From contig CM082583.2 of the NCBI GenBank assembly GCA_040954595.2, positions 4,579,374 to 4,643,373 on the forward strand: DNA of 64,000 nt. The letters run 5' to 3'. This stretch comes from Balanoglossus misakiensis (taxonomy: Eukaryota > Animalia > Hemichordata). Positions 1 through 15,253 of this stretch are shown piece after piece. How positions within the stretch are numbered: the stretch's first letter is position 1; each line of letters starts with the position of its first letter. Under the pieces are notes generated by a model. It worked only from the letters and a program-made list of their open reading frames with translations, was not told where the DNA came from and searched no databases. Made by a program: the position numbers and the translations under genes.

Positions 1-1366
1 GTTTAGTTCCTGAGTACGAATGCTTTCAAATGTAGACATAAGAACAAAAATATCATGGAAATATTAGAAAGGTGATAAATTTCACACTTCCTTTTTTCAA
101 CGACAGTAATACTTGAGGGGACGATTTTGAAATGCCTGTATGTTTTATTTAAATGAAATTAATTAAATTAAATTACTGATTTAATTATTGTGACCGAGCA
201 GTGAGCTAACAGTGTAAATACCGCAGCTTGCTTTACTTAAGGATGTATGTGCACATAAAACAATTGTCATGTAATTGGAGTGTGCCTCTTTGTAAAACAC
301 AATAACATTGTGGCTTTGACTTTTAGCATGTGCATTCAGTAAGAAGGGGGAAAATTAAATTTAACTTTAATTTTGTTGATAGTTGCAAGCACAGGGGAAC
401 TAGCCGAGATGAGTTAGTCTGAACTTGGCGTACGTACTCCAGAATGGGGTACCCCAACAAACTTGCGATTAGAGATTTTTGATTGATTGTAGATTGTTGA
501 GCCGTGTTTATGTAGAATAGAATGTCCAAGGTCCTACTGTGAATGTCCAGCCTTTGTCTCAAAACCCTGCAACAACAGAAACTTGTAGTAAAGAAAAAAA
601 AAACATTTTTTGGTCCCAATCTCTTCAAGGCCAGTTGAGAAAGACTCCTGTATGCTGAACAACAGCGAATGTGAACAAATATTTTCACATCCAAGTAGTG
701 TTCAGGTTAAACCTATTCCAGTGTTAAGGCAACACAAAGTTAACATTATTTATCTGTTTTTCTCTAATTGGTCAACGGTTAGACGCTTTAAAATAAAACA
801 AAAACAATGCGAAGAAGGAAGTTGACAATGGTTTCTCCAACCCTTCAGGGGGGGGGGGGGGTTGCCCATTGTATATATATTGATGGTCTTAAAATTGAAA
901 GATTAACCATGCATGAAGTTTAGGGAAATGAATTTTACATGTGATTATATTTTGATGATTCACCATATGTGAGATATGTGGTACACTCAGCCTATCCCAA
1001 CTGTCAGTGCCAGGCTTTGGTACGATCCTACTGCGTGTAGTTTTGTGGTTTGATCTACGTTCTGTGAAATGAGAAGAATAGGGGTGAAGGGGTTATGGTT
1101 ATACCCACCTTGAGAATCCTAGTCTTAATTTTTGTTCATACTTGAACATATTTCAGATTCATCCATTTCAATAATAATAACATCAATGTAACCATGAGAT
1201 GATTATGACTATAGGCAACCCGAACCTCGAATTTATTTGTATAGGAAATAGAATTCTTCTGGCTGCCGATCTCCACTACAGCTGCTATAAAAAAAACTCG
1301 TTTTCGTTGAAAACAAGTTGAACATTGCAAATTCTCTTTAGTTTTCACCACACTTCTGCTCAAGCA

Positions 1367-1460
1367 TTAACCCTTCCACCCCTGTCTCTCTTGGTAGAGG
1401 TCAAATTTTCCCATTGAAAGCTATGGGTTTGGAGCAAACCATGGCGGGTGAAAAGGTTGA
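1367..1460 (+). mobile_element. Short piggyBac-like MITE family E (ttaaCCC...GGttaa), copy 1
   Basis: ttaacccttccaccc...aaaccatggcgggtgaaaaggttga; related to 22301 and 30092. Confidence 0.7.
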
Positions 1461-4446
1461 TGTGGCACAGAGGTGAAAGACAGAGAATTCTTTTCTGAAA
1501 TTAAGCAAAGTGGGCCTTTAAGGAGATGTGAATTATGTTCCGATTACTTAAGGTAACCATGAATTTCTCAAGGGTACCTAACTCGTCGTAAACTTGCACC
1601 ACTGGATTGGCAAAGAGTTGCTCCCGTTTCATGGCCACCAGAGCCAAATAAAAACTGAGACGGGAGTTGTTACGTCTACACAACACTATACATGACATGT
1701 ACTAACAAGATTTACTACACCACACACCAGCATGCAACCCTAGTAAATTTGGAAAGTCATGTAACATGTTGTATTTGCTTGCTGCAGGGTGTACAACTCC
1801 CTGGCTGGCTACTTTGATCTGTGTACAGACCTTGCAGTTGTCACATCTTTGCTGTATGATAGTGGTTCAAAAATTCACACTCCCCTGAACTCAAAAGCAA
1901 ATTAAAAAAGCAGTGCAAGTCCGACTATCGGTGCCAGAATTGTTTATCTTCGCAAACACCTCAGTTATGTTGATTTTCTGTGTTTTTTACGAGCAGGCAG
2001 CCAGGATTTTAAAAATGGTGTCTTTACAGTGTAGTGTATGGCCTTCTGGGGGTGGCACATTGCATGCATGGTCAATCAATAATGCTTGGTGATAAATCTG
2101 AAGGCACTGGATTTTGCCCCCGTGAAAAATAGCATTGTCCCTTGTTTGATTTGTAGCTACTTGTAAGCATGTTCGGAATTTTTGTTTCTGTGAAGTATCA
2201 GAAACCTAGTGTTAACAAAAACCTAAAAATCTGTACCGGTACTAGTATTTGGCCTTCAGTGAGTTCAAGAGACATTTTTACTTTTGAGGTGTGCTAATAC
2301 CGACTGTGACAATTTTGCTGTTTTGTATCAGTAAGGGTGGTATTAATGTGATGAATAAAACGGCAAGTTTATTGTGTCTTTTCACTGATGATTGGTGTCA
2401 TTTGTGAATTTTGAGGGGCTGTGGATAATTAAAACACACGCAGAAAAGCAAAACTGTTTCCGGTTGACCTCAAATCCTCTCCCCAGAACGAATGTTTGGA
2501 AGTGCAAAAATGCCACAGAATTTATGCATTGAGTTATTATACACTGACACTCCCATCCATGAAGACGTATTTGTTCCAACCCCTGAAATGAAGTAACATA
2601 ATGAAAATTACAAGTGTGTCCATCTGAACGGGTAATATTTACTGACCCACAACCACAGTGCCATATTTCCCTGTAGCAGTGTCTGGGCACATCAAGACTA
2701 TTAAAAGATATTATGAGAGAAGAAAAGGGTTTTAATAGGAAGCTGGTGAAGTTCATATCATAATCACTGATGTTTATGACTGAATGTCGCTGGAGCCAAA
2801 AGGTCATCTTCAATGAAACCAATGTTTTATGGTTCAATAATGGTCACTCAAATGATAAGAGTGACTATATTTCAATGAACGGATTGAAAATCAAAACCCT
2901 TGACTGCTGTTCATCCTTTGGTCAAACAGGCAACACTTTTGCACTTTACATGTCCATGTATTTTCGTGGTCAGTCTCTTTTACACCCACCATGGCTAACC
3001 GCAAAGTCAAGATAAATCTAATGATCGGTCACATCGCCATCTAGTGGTGGACACCCAGTCAGTCTTGGAGGAAGTTCTGGTTATTTCATAAGCTACAAGT
3101 ATTTACCTGCTCAAGTTCCTGATGTGATAGAAGGGGTTCTGGGAGTCAAAGGTCAATATCAAGCAAACTGTATGCTCTTTAAATATCAAAACCTTTAAAT
3201 TCTCTATGTCCACTTATATGAAAAACTTTTAATAGATAAAATTTAAATATGACATGGCCATGGATTTAGAACAGAGAAATACATCTCCATGCCACTGGCA
3301 TCTCGCAGCAGTATTCCCAAAGTTATACTTCCTGTCCCGCACCCGTTGGCTAAGTATTAAAAGCATATGTTGTCATATCTCAAAACGCGAAAGAAATCGC
3401 AATGTTGGGTTCTCTTTACTAGGGATATTTATTGACAATTCCATGTGTGTTTTCAGTTCATTATTTCCATTGCAGAAGAAGTGTATTCTTAAATGGTAAT
3501 TTCATTACAACTTTATTTTGAGTATTTTTTATGTTCTTCACTTTTCTGAAATCTGAGTTTCCTGTTAATATATACTTAAAAGAACAAGCTACAGCAATTT
3601 TCCATTTAACCATTTGGCACAAACTTCCAAAGAATGAAGTTGACTCCACATAAGTAAAAACAGTTCTACTAAAATAATATTTTGAACAGCAAATTGATAG
3701 CAAAATGATATTGTCCATGAAGTGTTAGCTTTTTGTTTTTTACTTCCTGAAATACATGCAAGTAAAATGAGAATGTTACAATGCAATTCAGCATTAAATC
3801 TTTCTTGAATAATATGCTACCACAATCTTTTTTTTTAAATAAAAAATTCAGAAATCTCATAAATCTCCTCTCCAATACTAAATGTATATCTAACGAGTAG
3901 TTAAAACTAATCTCGAGCTATTTTTCATAGCGAACAAGATGCAATTGTCCATGATACAAAAAAGGCTACTCACATAAACAATAATGAACATTCAAGTCCA
4001 CAGAGAAAAGTGACCTTGTTCGTTTATACACTGTCCCTCCACACACTTAATCTTCGAAAATACTTCTTTCCATATTTCATGTGCCACTACTAACAACTAC
4101 TGGCAATCTATAAAAGTCCTGATAAAACAAGTCTATCGCAATACTGACATCCTCAAATTCAAACTGTTAGCAATCCTAGTTTAAATGACAGTAAATCTAG
4201 TGTTTTATTGACACTCTAAAATTGAAACTGTTGGTAATCACTGTTAAAATGTCGATCTGAGAGTTATTAAACAAATGTTAGAATTTTCCCTCAAAGACAA
4301 CTACCAATTCATTTGTTCTTACAAAACGAAACTGTAATTGACAAAACTCCGAAACTCTCATATCAGCTCCTTTGTGGAAAAAAAAATCGATCTATGCTGA
4401 CATATAATAAGTCCCATCATGCCTTTCTTCATCCCAGTTGCTAAGG

Positions 4447-4552
4447 TTACATCTCAGAGAGAGGCACGTCTCCAAGGCTCAATGTTGCAACTCCTTCTTT
4501 CTCCATGTCAGCTACCTCATAGACCCCATGTTTAGTTTTGGGCTTTGAAAAC
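4447..4552 (-). CDS. DUOXA: DUOXA terminal coding exon
   Basis: ttttgtag|(K)FSKPKTKHGVYEVADMEKEGVATLSLGDVPLSEM*; 106 nt; phase 2 matches exon 8. Confidence 0.75.
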
Positions 4553-7500
4553 CTACAAAATGTAAAAAAAAATCACATTGCATTTTTTTGTATTTGCATG
4601 TACTGGTACAGTCACTACATTGCACACTATCAAAAATAATGCCGACGATCGTCTTATGCGCATGTGCTAATTAATGTGCACAAACATTACGTCCAATCCA
4701 AATTTTGCATCAGACACATACAAACAGTAGACTGCCTTAATCACTTCCTTCGATATTTCATGCGCACCATATAAGTAGACTTTAGATCCTTTAGATCTTT
4801 TGTCCCTTCTTTTCACCCAATTTGCTGTCTTTTCCCAATCTCCGACGCAGACTATGGTCGCCGCCATCTTGTCTGTGTTGCTAGGACAGCACACTGCCTT
4901 TTGGCATTGACTGTATACAATTTTTGTAACCAGATTCTCTGGTTTGGACCATGCACATAAGACTATCGTCACCCCCTATACCCTTATACCCCCCCCCCCC
5001 CCCATTTCCCAACAGGCAAGAGAGACAAGAGCTAAATTTGCTGACTTACTTGACACTGTGCTCTGAAGGGGCTTTACGGGGAGCTGGTGGGACATCATAA
5101 TTGTTCTCCTCTTCGTCTTGTTCAGCGATGGTGTCTGCAGATGTGACATTGCGGGGACTGGGTCTGGGTTTTCGGCGAGACACTTTGAACCGAGAAGCAG
5201 CTCGGGAACGGTATATTGGTTTCACCTGCCAAATCAACAAAAGTTGACAAATAGCAATAATAACAATAATATTCTTAATGTTGTAAATTATAAAAAAAAT
5301 GCAGCAAATGAATAAATCTCGTTGATTGTAATCTAAAGCCACTGGCAGTGACTATTCAGTACAGAAAAACCTTGTCAAAGTAAATAAACTGATGATGATG
5401 ACGATGATGATGATGATGATGATGATGATGGTAATTCTGAGCCTATAAACACTGTCAACTTAAAAATAGCAATTATTCATGTTTATCTACAAGCTAATCA
5501 GCTGTAAAGGAAAAAATAATAAACAAACTGACTTAATTAAAGGCTACTATATGATAACTTATACTAGCTAACATATAGTAGGAATCTGACATTTATCAAT
5601 GAAGTGGGCGCAAATTTAAATGCAATTAATTGATCCTTACATCGACATTCATGTAGACCGCGTCCTCATCCGGAGAAGCTTGCATGGGTCCGCCGTTCTC
5701 GCTGTTCAGTGCCTGGGCTTCCGGCGATTGGTCGTCGTCTTCTGCAGCGGCAGAAATTCGCTTCGGTCTCTTCTCGCCGACGCTGTATTTCTCCTCGACC
5801 GTGTCCTCGAAATCTTGCAGCAGGTCGGCGTTGAAGAAGGCGGCCAGCTGAACCGGGAATCGGTAGTCCATGAAGATGATGACCGCGGCCAAAATGATGC
5901 ATAACAATCCTGGTGAAACATTTTTTTTTAAAAACTGGTTATTTATTGCCATTTTTACCAATCCACTGAATTCATAGTTTTTTTATACAAAGTAACCGTG
6001 CCTTTGTGCGCAAGACCATCAAATTTGGCTTGTAGTACACTGAGATGTTCTTGAAAACATGTGTCGACTATAGTAACTTTCATGAAATTATAAAAGAAGA
6101 ATGGAAATTTCTAGTAAAGAACATCTTAATTCATTCAGCAGTTGAATTCACATTACATATGTGTATATTATATATATGCTTCATTGTGCCGGTAACACAC
6201 TTGTGGGTAACAGATAAGCATATAAAAATAACTAACACTTATTTCCAAGGGCACATATTGCACTTGTAAAATCTTAAAAAAACAAACATTTAGAATTGAA
6301 GCTAAGCACAGAAGATAACATTTTTACGTAAAATATCATGCCACATACCGACTATTAAACAAAGCCAGAAACACCAGCCATAATGAAAGGTCAGCGTGCC
6401 TTCCTCAAATGGAATTTGAAGATCAGGGCCGTCTCGAAGAGTTGCGTATATGAGGTTGCCGAGCAACATCACAGCTCCGGTGAGGATCATGTAATATGCA
6501 CCATAGCGCAGCACCATGAAGAAGAAAATGTTCGCCAGGAGAAACATAGGAAAAGCTGTCCTGAAAAATACATCATGAGGAACAATTTTGAGTGCCATTG
6601 ATAAAATCTGTGTCTGCAGCTGTCCATGTGCAGTAGGATTTCAGATAATATAGAAAAATAAAACATTATTTGTGTATTTCATGTCAGAAGCACATGAATT
6701 GCATACTAATGACCAAAAAATGAGTCGTTATATGTACAATTGTTTTATTTTCTTTTTTGCTTTTTTTATCCGGTGGAAAGATATAGGTAAAATTTGCTGA
6801 CAAAGAATGGATTATGTCATAGACCACCTTATTGAAATAAATTAATCAAATGTAGGCCTATAATTGTTCTGTTGAAACTGGAAGTATCATTTCATGAAAG
6901 AAGCGGGTGACGACATCCAATTCTGGAAATGTCTTGACAGCTTATACCACAGTCACTCGATATACATACCACATGCAGATGTGGGTGAAGAAACCAGCTT
7001 GACGGTAAGAGCGCCCCCAACGGATCAGTTCGCCGTCCAACGTGAAGTACTCTGCAATCCACAGTATGGGATAAGGAAGTCCCTTGAACTGGCTTTCCCG
7101 GAATTCCTGGCTAATCTGACCAGCTGGAGAGTTAACAAAAGTAGAATTATCCTGCATTAAAAATATCATCCAAAAAGGGAGTGTAATTTTCAAACGTCAA
7201 TTACGTTGACAGATATCAAGAGTTATGCAAGTCTGTACACCTGATACTACAAACTATCTTCCCAAGATTGTACTCTATATTTAGAGATAAAAAAGTTTCA
7301 TCACACTGTAGCTTGTCTATGTCTATGGAGGAAAAATGAGTACTCCTATTTTTGGGAGCCACGAACTATTTCCAACAGACAGCAAAGTATTATTCTAAGT
7401 AAGACCCACATCCACCAAGAGTGAGTCCCAGAATACAGTGTAACTTTCAACATGGTGTAAACTCGTTTCTTGAAGGAAACACCCAGAATAAATACACTGA

Positions 7501-10500
7501 AGGAAAATAAGTGAGTGCAATTCAATATTTGTGGCAGATTAAAACATCTGTCCTCGCTTGGGATGGTCTGAGTTGAACGGTCTGGATTGTGGACTTCAAA
7601 GGTACCATCCATGCTTCACTGCATTTTACTAACAGTATTCTGTCTGATTTGTTGGGTGATTCGTGATTGTGATTAGCCACAGAGATATAAGCCTTGAATG
7701 GCGGTTCATGGGTCATAACCCTGTGACCATAGGGTCTATGCTGTGACCCAGGTTGTAGTTTGGCTCGAATCCCATTGTTTTCACTCAGAGCTCCATACAT
7801 GGTGAACTGGGGTCAAAAGGTTAATGGAAGTATCCGGAACAGGGCCTAGCTCTGAGAGGATGCCAGATATTAAGTTTCAGAAAACAGGAAATAAGAAGTT
7901 TGGTAACGAACTCACCAAACGGTCCAAAACCGAGCCTTCCTTGATTCCACATATCTGACCAGGTGAATCTTTCATTGTAGTCGATGCGTTCGTTTATTTG
8001 ATACACGGGATCTCCTAAAATGTAGCAAAAATTTCTAATGATTTAAATTTTTTCTACGTCAGACGTTGGTTGTGTAAGAATTATGAGTGGCTTATAATTA
8101 ATGTTATTTTATACACTGTGTGTCTGACACAGAGTCTTATTTGGCAGTGATTTGGATGTCTGTGTTTGTATACATGTGTGTTTAATAATTCTTGTCATTC
8201 TTTACAAACAAATGTGTTTATTGACCATCACAGTACCGGTTAGTGTGATGTTCACGCTTCGCAATCCAATCTTCACCGCAATTGTAGCATTGATTTCGTG
8301 ATCAGTGAAGGCTTTGTACTGCGTTTTGGTGTGGATCTTGGCGACCTCCCATTCTTGGCCAAAGTTCACCACTGTAAAAACAAAAGCAAAATTGTTGCTT
8401 TGGGTTATTGTTTTTTCGCAGATAACAGCTTTCAGCCACTGTATGATGATAATTGAATGTTTATTCACACAAATTGCTCTTATTCAGGGTATGTACCGTA
8501 CAAAAAGAGCTTTTGTTACAGAAACAAATATCAAACGTTGGCTGTATAACACCAATGGCAAAACAAGCATTTTATATATCTGAGACTTGTTTGTCAGACA
8601 TTCCAAAAGATACCACAAAGACAGCATTAAAATTTCAAATATTTCAATTACTAAAACCAACTTTAATAGTAAAATCATTTTAAAACAAGAAAGCTTCTGT
8701 GAGGATACTTACAAAAAATGACCAAAAAGATGAACAAACTCAGGGTAACTCGGATGAAAGAATAGAGTCTCTGTAATTAAAGAGAAATTCAATATTGAGA
8801 TCTCTTCACTATACCAGCACACATAAACTAAACACTGACAAAGAACTGTTATATATTCATTCACTCGGTTGGTAATAAAATTATATGTGTACTTAAAAAA
8901 ATTGTGCAGGGAAAAAAATAACCGACCAAGCCCATACAATGTGTTTCGTAGAAATCAACTTGGTTCAAGAGAAAAAGAATAGGGGATTTTTTATTTTGAA
9001 AAAAAGTTCTATGGAAATACACTGCAACTTTCTTGTCTGGACTTTTTTTCATCTGACGCTGCAGAAATCTGTATTATCAGGTCAAAAGTTAACACAAACC
9101 AAGTCACACAGAACTTGTAATGTGAGAAGACCTAAGCCTTCAACTTGACCTGGTTGCGGGCCAATAGCTTGCTTGACCACCAGGGGTCTACAACTCTGGA
9201 CAACTTTTTTTGACCTAGATGGTCTTTTCTTCTCTCTGATGTACAGTAGTAGACTGTTCCACCGGTATAATGACTCGTCCTTACAGAAAGCTTGAAACAA
9301 TCGAGGCTTTATTGGCCCTGTATGCTTCGTGTAAATCACTTGTTCAAACCCATGTTCAAACTGTTTTCCAGTTCGAGACAAGAGCAATCAGCTGGAGAAC
9401 TTCATCCCCCACGCACATTAAGTCACATCACCCAAGGCAGGTCAGGGGAGACTAGGCCTACTAGTATTTTCTTTTTCTTTTGGGGTACTAGGGGCCTTGG
9501 TTTAAATTGGTGTAAACACCCATCTCGAAAACAGACGGAAAATAATTCACAATTGACGGATTGGTGGAAGACTTTGTTAAAATGGATTAATATTTAACAC
9601 ATGTTTGAATAAAACAACATCGTTGTGGGTAATCTGGAGCACACAAACCCCCCCCCCCACCTGCCCAAGCCACTCACAATGAATGGTGCCATTCAAGAAG
9701 GGAGACGCAAATTCCTACACGTAGTTTCAAAACACGTCGTCCATATCAGCGTCGTGTCAAAGGCTACTGTGAAATTTATTGAAACCATTACTTAAAATTT
9801 CGCGTATTTATTGTTTGATTTAGGCCTACATTCTTGACCCTATAGCTCGGAGTTCGCTATTGCGGGGTTGTAAACTTTCATTGAAAAGTTGTTATTTTAG
9901 GCGCAAATCGCAATGAAGTCAAACGAAAGTCCCTCTGACCGTTTCGAAACTTTTCGATATATTATCTCTCTGTAATACATGTACCGGCTATAATTTGAAA
10001 ACGACTGGTCATTTTTTTCTATAGAAATGCCCACGTCGAGAAACATGTGCCTTTAAACTTGTTCATTCTTCACCAAGACATATTTGGTTTCGATATGTGA
10101 AAGGCCAGGAGAACACCGCGAAAGCGGTTGATGAAGCATAAGACCGTTCAATCCGACAATCCTAATCTCTGCATTCCCTGACGCGCCCACTGCGTACAGA
10201 AAACCTGGTGTGAATACTACACGAGTGTTTGTTTAGATCAGATGAGTGCGTGTCATCAATTTTGAACACGGGATGACAATTGGTGCGATGAACGTTTCAG
10301 GCGCTACAGCTTCGCTTGTTCTGTCTTATATCGTGTAACCCATGGTCCCTAACAAAGAGCCTTGACAATTTATTAAAGTGACATTGTCGTTTACGACCGT
10401 TATCAAGCGAGGAATGTGTATTTGGTAATCAATCACTTGTCTTGGGTTTTATTCAAACACTACCTTTATCAAAAACAACCCTGTGTTCACAGTCTTGTAC

Positions 10501-13500
10501 AGAAGGAACTTGGGCCTCCAAAAACACCCACTCCACTCACTCAAGTGGGTGATAGTGAAACCTCATTGTTACTAGTAATTAAAGAGCGAGCGATAAAAAC
10601 GATGATACGGGAATCATGCACATTTTGGGGTGGGGGTGGGGAGGGGGTGTCGCGTGGGACTACAGATTTAAGACCTCGCAATATATCGGGCTGGAATGCA
10701 AGTATTTCACAGCCACCATGACATGACATAGTGCTGGTCAGGCGCTGTCGTGCGGAAGAACTGTGCGCGGTTTTTTGTCGTGTGACCGCACATCCTCGAT
10801 TGAGCGTATTTCATGAAATCAAGACGGGTTTCATAATACAAATTTGACTGTTTGCTTTGGAAAACAAACACAGAAATTATCAAATGCCAATATGTGTAAT
10901 ACAAACGCAAACCTCTGTTTGAACATGTTTGAAATGCAACTTCCTCGTTCTCAGGCGATTAATGGTGACTGCGGAATGCAATCCGAAGAAAAAACAACAC
11001 TTGTGCATGGTGTATTGCAGGAAACGACCTTCAAAAATACAAGACATCCGATGCTCCTTCACACGATCCAGGGAAAGTGAAGGAGGGTTTCATTTTCGAT
11101 TTATTTGAGACGACAACGTCAATTATTTATTGAGAGTGTCTTCCCTTTCTTCTCTGTTTGTGACTGTTTTTGGTTTTTGCCAACCACTGTGTTGGCAGCG
11201 TCCATGTTTAAAATTATAAATAAAACGGCCTAAAATAGTGTCTATGATTCATTCAACTCGACCAGAGGCAGTAGGCTTACTAATACATGTGGAAAAACAA
11301 GGCACGACCCCTTTTGGACATAGTCAGTCACCAGACCCGAATTTAGGTCACAGACAAAGAAAAGTACTCTTTGTCCGCTGTCGTGTTTGGCAAAATGCCA
11401 TGTCGTGTTAAGAAACTCAAGTTACCAACCCAAATGTGTCTGGTGCTTGATTGTTCGTTGGTCATGCACGGATGATGGAGATCGGCAAGACTTTTGTTGA
11501 TTCGAACGCCCACGAGGTTCTATCTGTAAGCTGTACCTGGAAATGTTTTCATTTTCTTGTCTTTGTGTGGAGGCCGATTAAACGGGTACGGCACCCGTTT
11601 AATATATTAGGCCTACTTGTTCAAACTGCAACATACAGCCACAATCGATAAGATATTCATGTGTACCTATCAGTATGCTTTAATTTTTAGACGGACCAAT
11701 CTGAGTTGGAAAGTAAAATCATGAAATAATGCAAAAAATCGGCAGCTCTCAGTGGGGCTTCAATAGTCCTGAGAGTGAATAACACGACAATGTTTCGCTT
11801 GGCGATATATTTATAGTCATTTATGTTATTGCTGTTTCCCGGTTGAGTTTTACTGTTTAGGTGTGTCACAAGTGCGCACCGAAAGCCAACTAGGTGTACG
11901 TCTCAAAACGAGACATAGCAAAATGGCAGCGCTGGGAGTTGAATATTGTCAAGTAAAGTCGGCTGGCAGGCTGGCCGTGGGCGTACTATAGGGTGGGGTC
12001 ATAAACTGGGAGCAAAAAAGTCTGAATTTCCTCGTTTTGCGTTTTAAATATAAAATAGATGTACTTTTTTTCGATATCGAAAATGCATTTTCTTCGTCTA
12101 CTCGAGCATTGACGTCGACTATATGTCACTAGCATGCACGTATCACAGACGGCGGGCCGGGACAGAAAACAAGATGGATCAAAAACGATCTAAATTTCCT
12201 AGTTCCATAATTTGACAGCAGTAAAAGCATAGCAGCAATAACAACTTATAAACGAGATATACACGTAATGACCGTGGCATCGTCACCATGGCATCGTTGG
12301 TTACATATAAAACCAACGCGCATATGGAAATAATCTGGCCATAAATTCCCCCCAAAATGACCGTTGTGCTGGCGAATGAGCTGACTTCAATGAGGAAATG
12401 CATTCCTGGAATATTAAAAGGTAAACGTTTTAATCCCATCAGATTTTATCTCTTCCATTATTAACAACGCCTAAAAAGTATTTACAAAATGTTTGTTTCC
12501 GCAACCGTAGACCCTGGAGGGTCTTATGCCGCAACGCAAGAATCTAGCAGGCAACGCCGAAGTTACCGTAAAGAGGCCTGTTTTTTACGACAATTGCTGA
12601 TATCCTCCTTGGGTCCACTTCCTTGGAAACCTCGGCCGTTCTTCCTAAAATTCGGCGGCGCGAGTTCACTCAACTCTGTGATCGATTCAAACAACGGCAA
12701 AGCATTCAACCGGAACCATACAGACGAAAATGAGTTCGACGGAAACGATCTTTATCATTCACAAGAAAACCAAGGAACGGTTTCGATAAACAAATGATCT
12801 TCCTCGAGGATAAAACACCGGTTCAGTGCACTCCCTCCGAAACAGCAACATCAAACCCAACCGGTGTTTTATACCTGGCGTAGATCCCCTTTCTTCGATC
12901 GAAAAGTTTGGAAGTTTCTTTTATGAATAACGCTGATGTTTAAACCAGAAACTTGTCATCGTCTAACTCATCAATTGTTTTCAAGCCACGGTTTCAAGAC
13001 TGAGACGCACGCCGTCAATGAAGAGTTGGACTGATAGATTTTACAGAAACACTTTTTTTTCATCGAATGATAGTGCGATCAACTTTAAAACTAATCGGTT
13101 TCCGAGGAATCTCTCCATGTCAAGATCATAGTATCACCCACGTGCCAAAAGAACTCTGCCACTGGCACAACGCCCTGGCAACTTCCTCTAATGGCTGGAA
13201 CCCTATCACCTTTACCAGGAACACAGCGTTTCCCCGCCGCTGTTTGCTTCTAACTTCCTGCCCTCGAAATGAACTCCGATGTAAATTTTCAACGACTGAA
13301 CACTACTTAGGCTGTGAAACGACGGCTAAACACATATCAGGATATCATCAAAACTCAGCTGTAGTTGTTTACTGGAGGTTGTCAAAGGGTAAAGTATGCG
13401 TAATGCTTACACCCCGGCAAGCGAGCGGGTGCATTCGATGTAATTTTTCTGGAAAAACCAAACCGACAAAATATTATACAAGTGGGCCGGTTCTCTTATC

Positions 13501-15216
13501 ACGTGTATAATACAGTCTTGTCCTATCCGTTGCCTTATCAGTGAACTATTGTGTAAGTGAGGGGATGTCTTAGGTTTCCCCCGTTTTACCCCGTCTTTGA
13601 ACAATAAGTGAATAATAGGCCTAGGATCATAGTCTACTATTGTATTCCAAGGCCTAAACACACCAAACGAGCTTCGGTTGCATTGTGACCAAATTGACAA
13701 TCGGTGATTGTCATATCAATAAAGCCCTACTATATCTCAGTCGACGCATCGAAGATTTCATCCTCCGACGGTCACGATTTTCCCAATAAAAGCTACAGAG
13801 CGCTACTCTCGCACCAATATTCGCATCCCTTACAATCTTCACCATGTTTACAGGTTTCAAAAACAGGTAACTCGGCCCCGTGTTCAATGACCTCCCCCAG
13901 CTCATGCAAACGACAGAAATACTAGTATCCCGCGGTTCTCAGGTGTCAGTAAATAGAACACCCTTCCACTGACGTGATACTTGTAGTACAAGGCAATAAT
14001 ATTACCAACCAACAAATCAACCTTTCCCCTTTGGTATGTGCAGTTACTTAATACGCAGAAGCGCACTGATTTGTGTCCATCCAAAGTTCAGTCGAAGTTC
14101 ACGCCGAACTATACCCACTCGCAAACAGCACTGTTTGTATGCCAATGCATTGACTCATCGGTTTTTGTCAACATATTAAATTATCTTGAGGGTAATACCA
14201 TGACAAATAGATTTATTTGCATAACTGTGCGAAATAAAATACATGTATGTGCTAATGATCGATATCTAACGGACAAGCCTCCACGGTAAAGGTGACTGCG
14301 AACGTATTTTGGCCCAGGCCCATGGTTGTATGCATCTTACCACAATCTTGCCTTGCGGTTTGTTCGTTGTTTTTGTTATTCACAGCTTTATTGTGATCAC
14401 TTAGGCCTACGTAGCCCTGTGGTACTGGGGGGGGGACGACAAAGTATTATACATGTGGACAAGTTAGCATATCGCTCAGAATGGCCCCGCGACAAGACAT
14501 TATTGCGTGTGGGTTATATGACTCCGAAGATGAATTATTTTACACCGTCAATAAGCGCTTTAATACAAAACTATTTCTGGTCGCCATAATATCTACGTTT
14601 GAGGGGATAATCAACAGGTGATTTATTCACAGTCCCTGTGATTTACGTACGCGTCGTAAACGTGTTACTATAGAGATATGCGTTGAGCCGAAGGGCCTGT
14701 GTCCGACATACTAGCAGTGCGTCGTGACTCCAATTGTATGTATTCTATTCTTTTAGTCGTGTAGGCGTGGGCTCAGAGAAAACATGTTTCCATTCATTTT
14801 GTGGTGGGCGAGCCACTGAGAGACTCAAAGTCACGGAACTCGGAAAAATAATTATCCCCTTCCTTGTGTCACTGTCCCAGAACAAAAAACAACTTGCATT
14901 TTAATAGTTTGTGAAAAAGGTGAGTTTTCATGCATGCAAGAGATCATCCATATAGTCACAAACACGCAAAAATGGGGGTTACATATACGCGCGGTTGCTA
15001 ATAGAAACAGGTTCGAGTAGACGTGAAGTATAGGACAGTAAAAACAAGCACCCATGCACTGACGAGAAAAAGATTAAAGAAGTTAACTTGTGATAAAAAT
15101 AAAAGTATTAAAGCTGGTGCAGTGCAATAGCAAAATGTACGCTTTGTATGGTGTAAATTGTTATTGGCCGACATTATGTAAGAGGAGGCAACAACATCAA
15201 CAACAATCAGTAGACA

Positions 15217-15253
<37 letters not shown>

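Noticed and set aside
1-4400. Short ORFs at the left end of the window
   Set aside because: AT-rich with no coherent coding signal; more likely the DUOXA 3' UTR and possibly the 3' UTR of a gene outside the window (AATAAA near 2354), which I cannot confirm.
12489-13510. ORFs of 102 and 147 aa in the DUOXA intron
   Set aside because: No domain similarity or exon-like boundaries that I can support.
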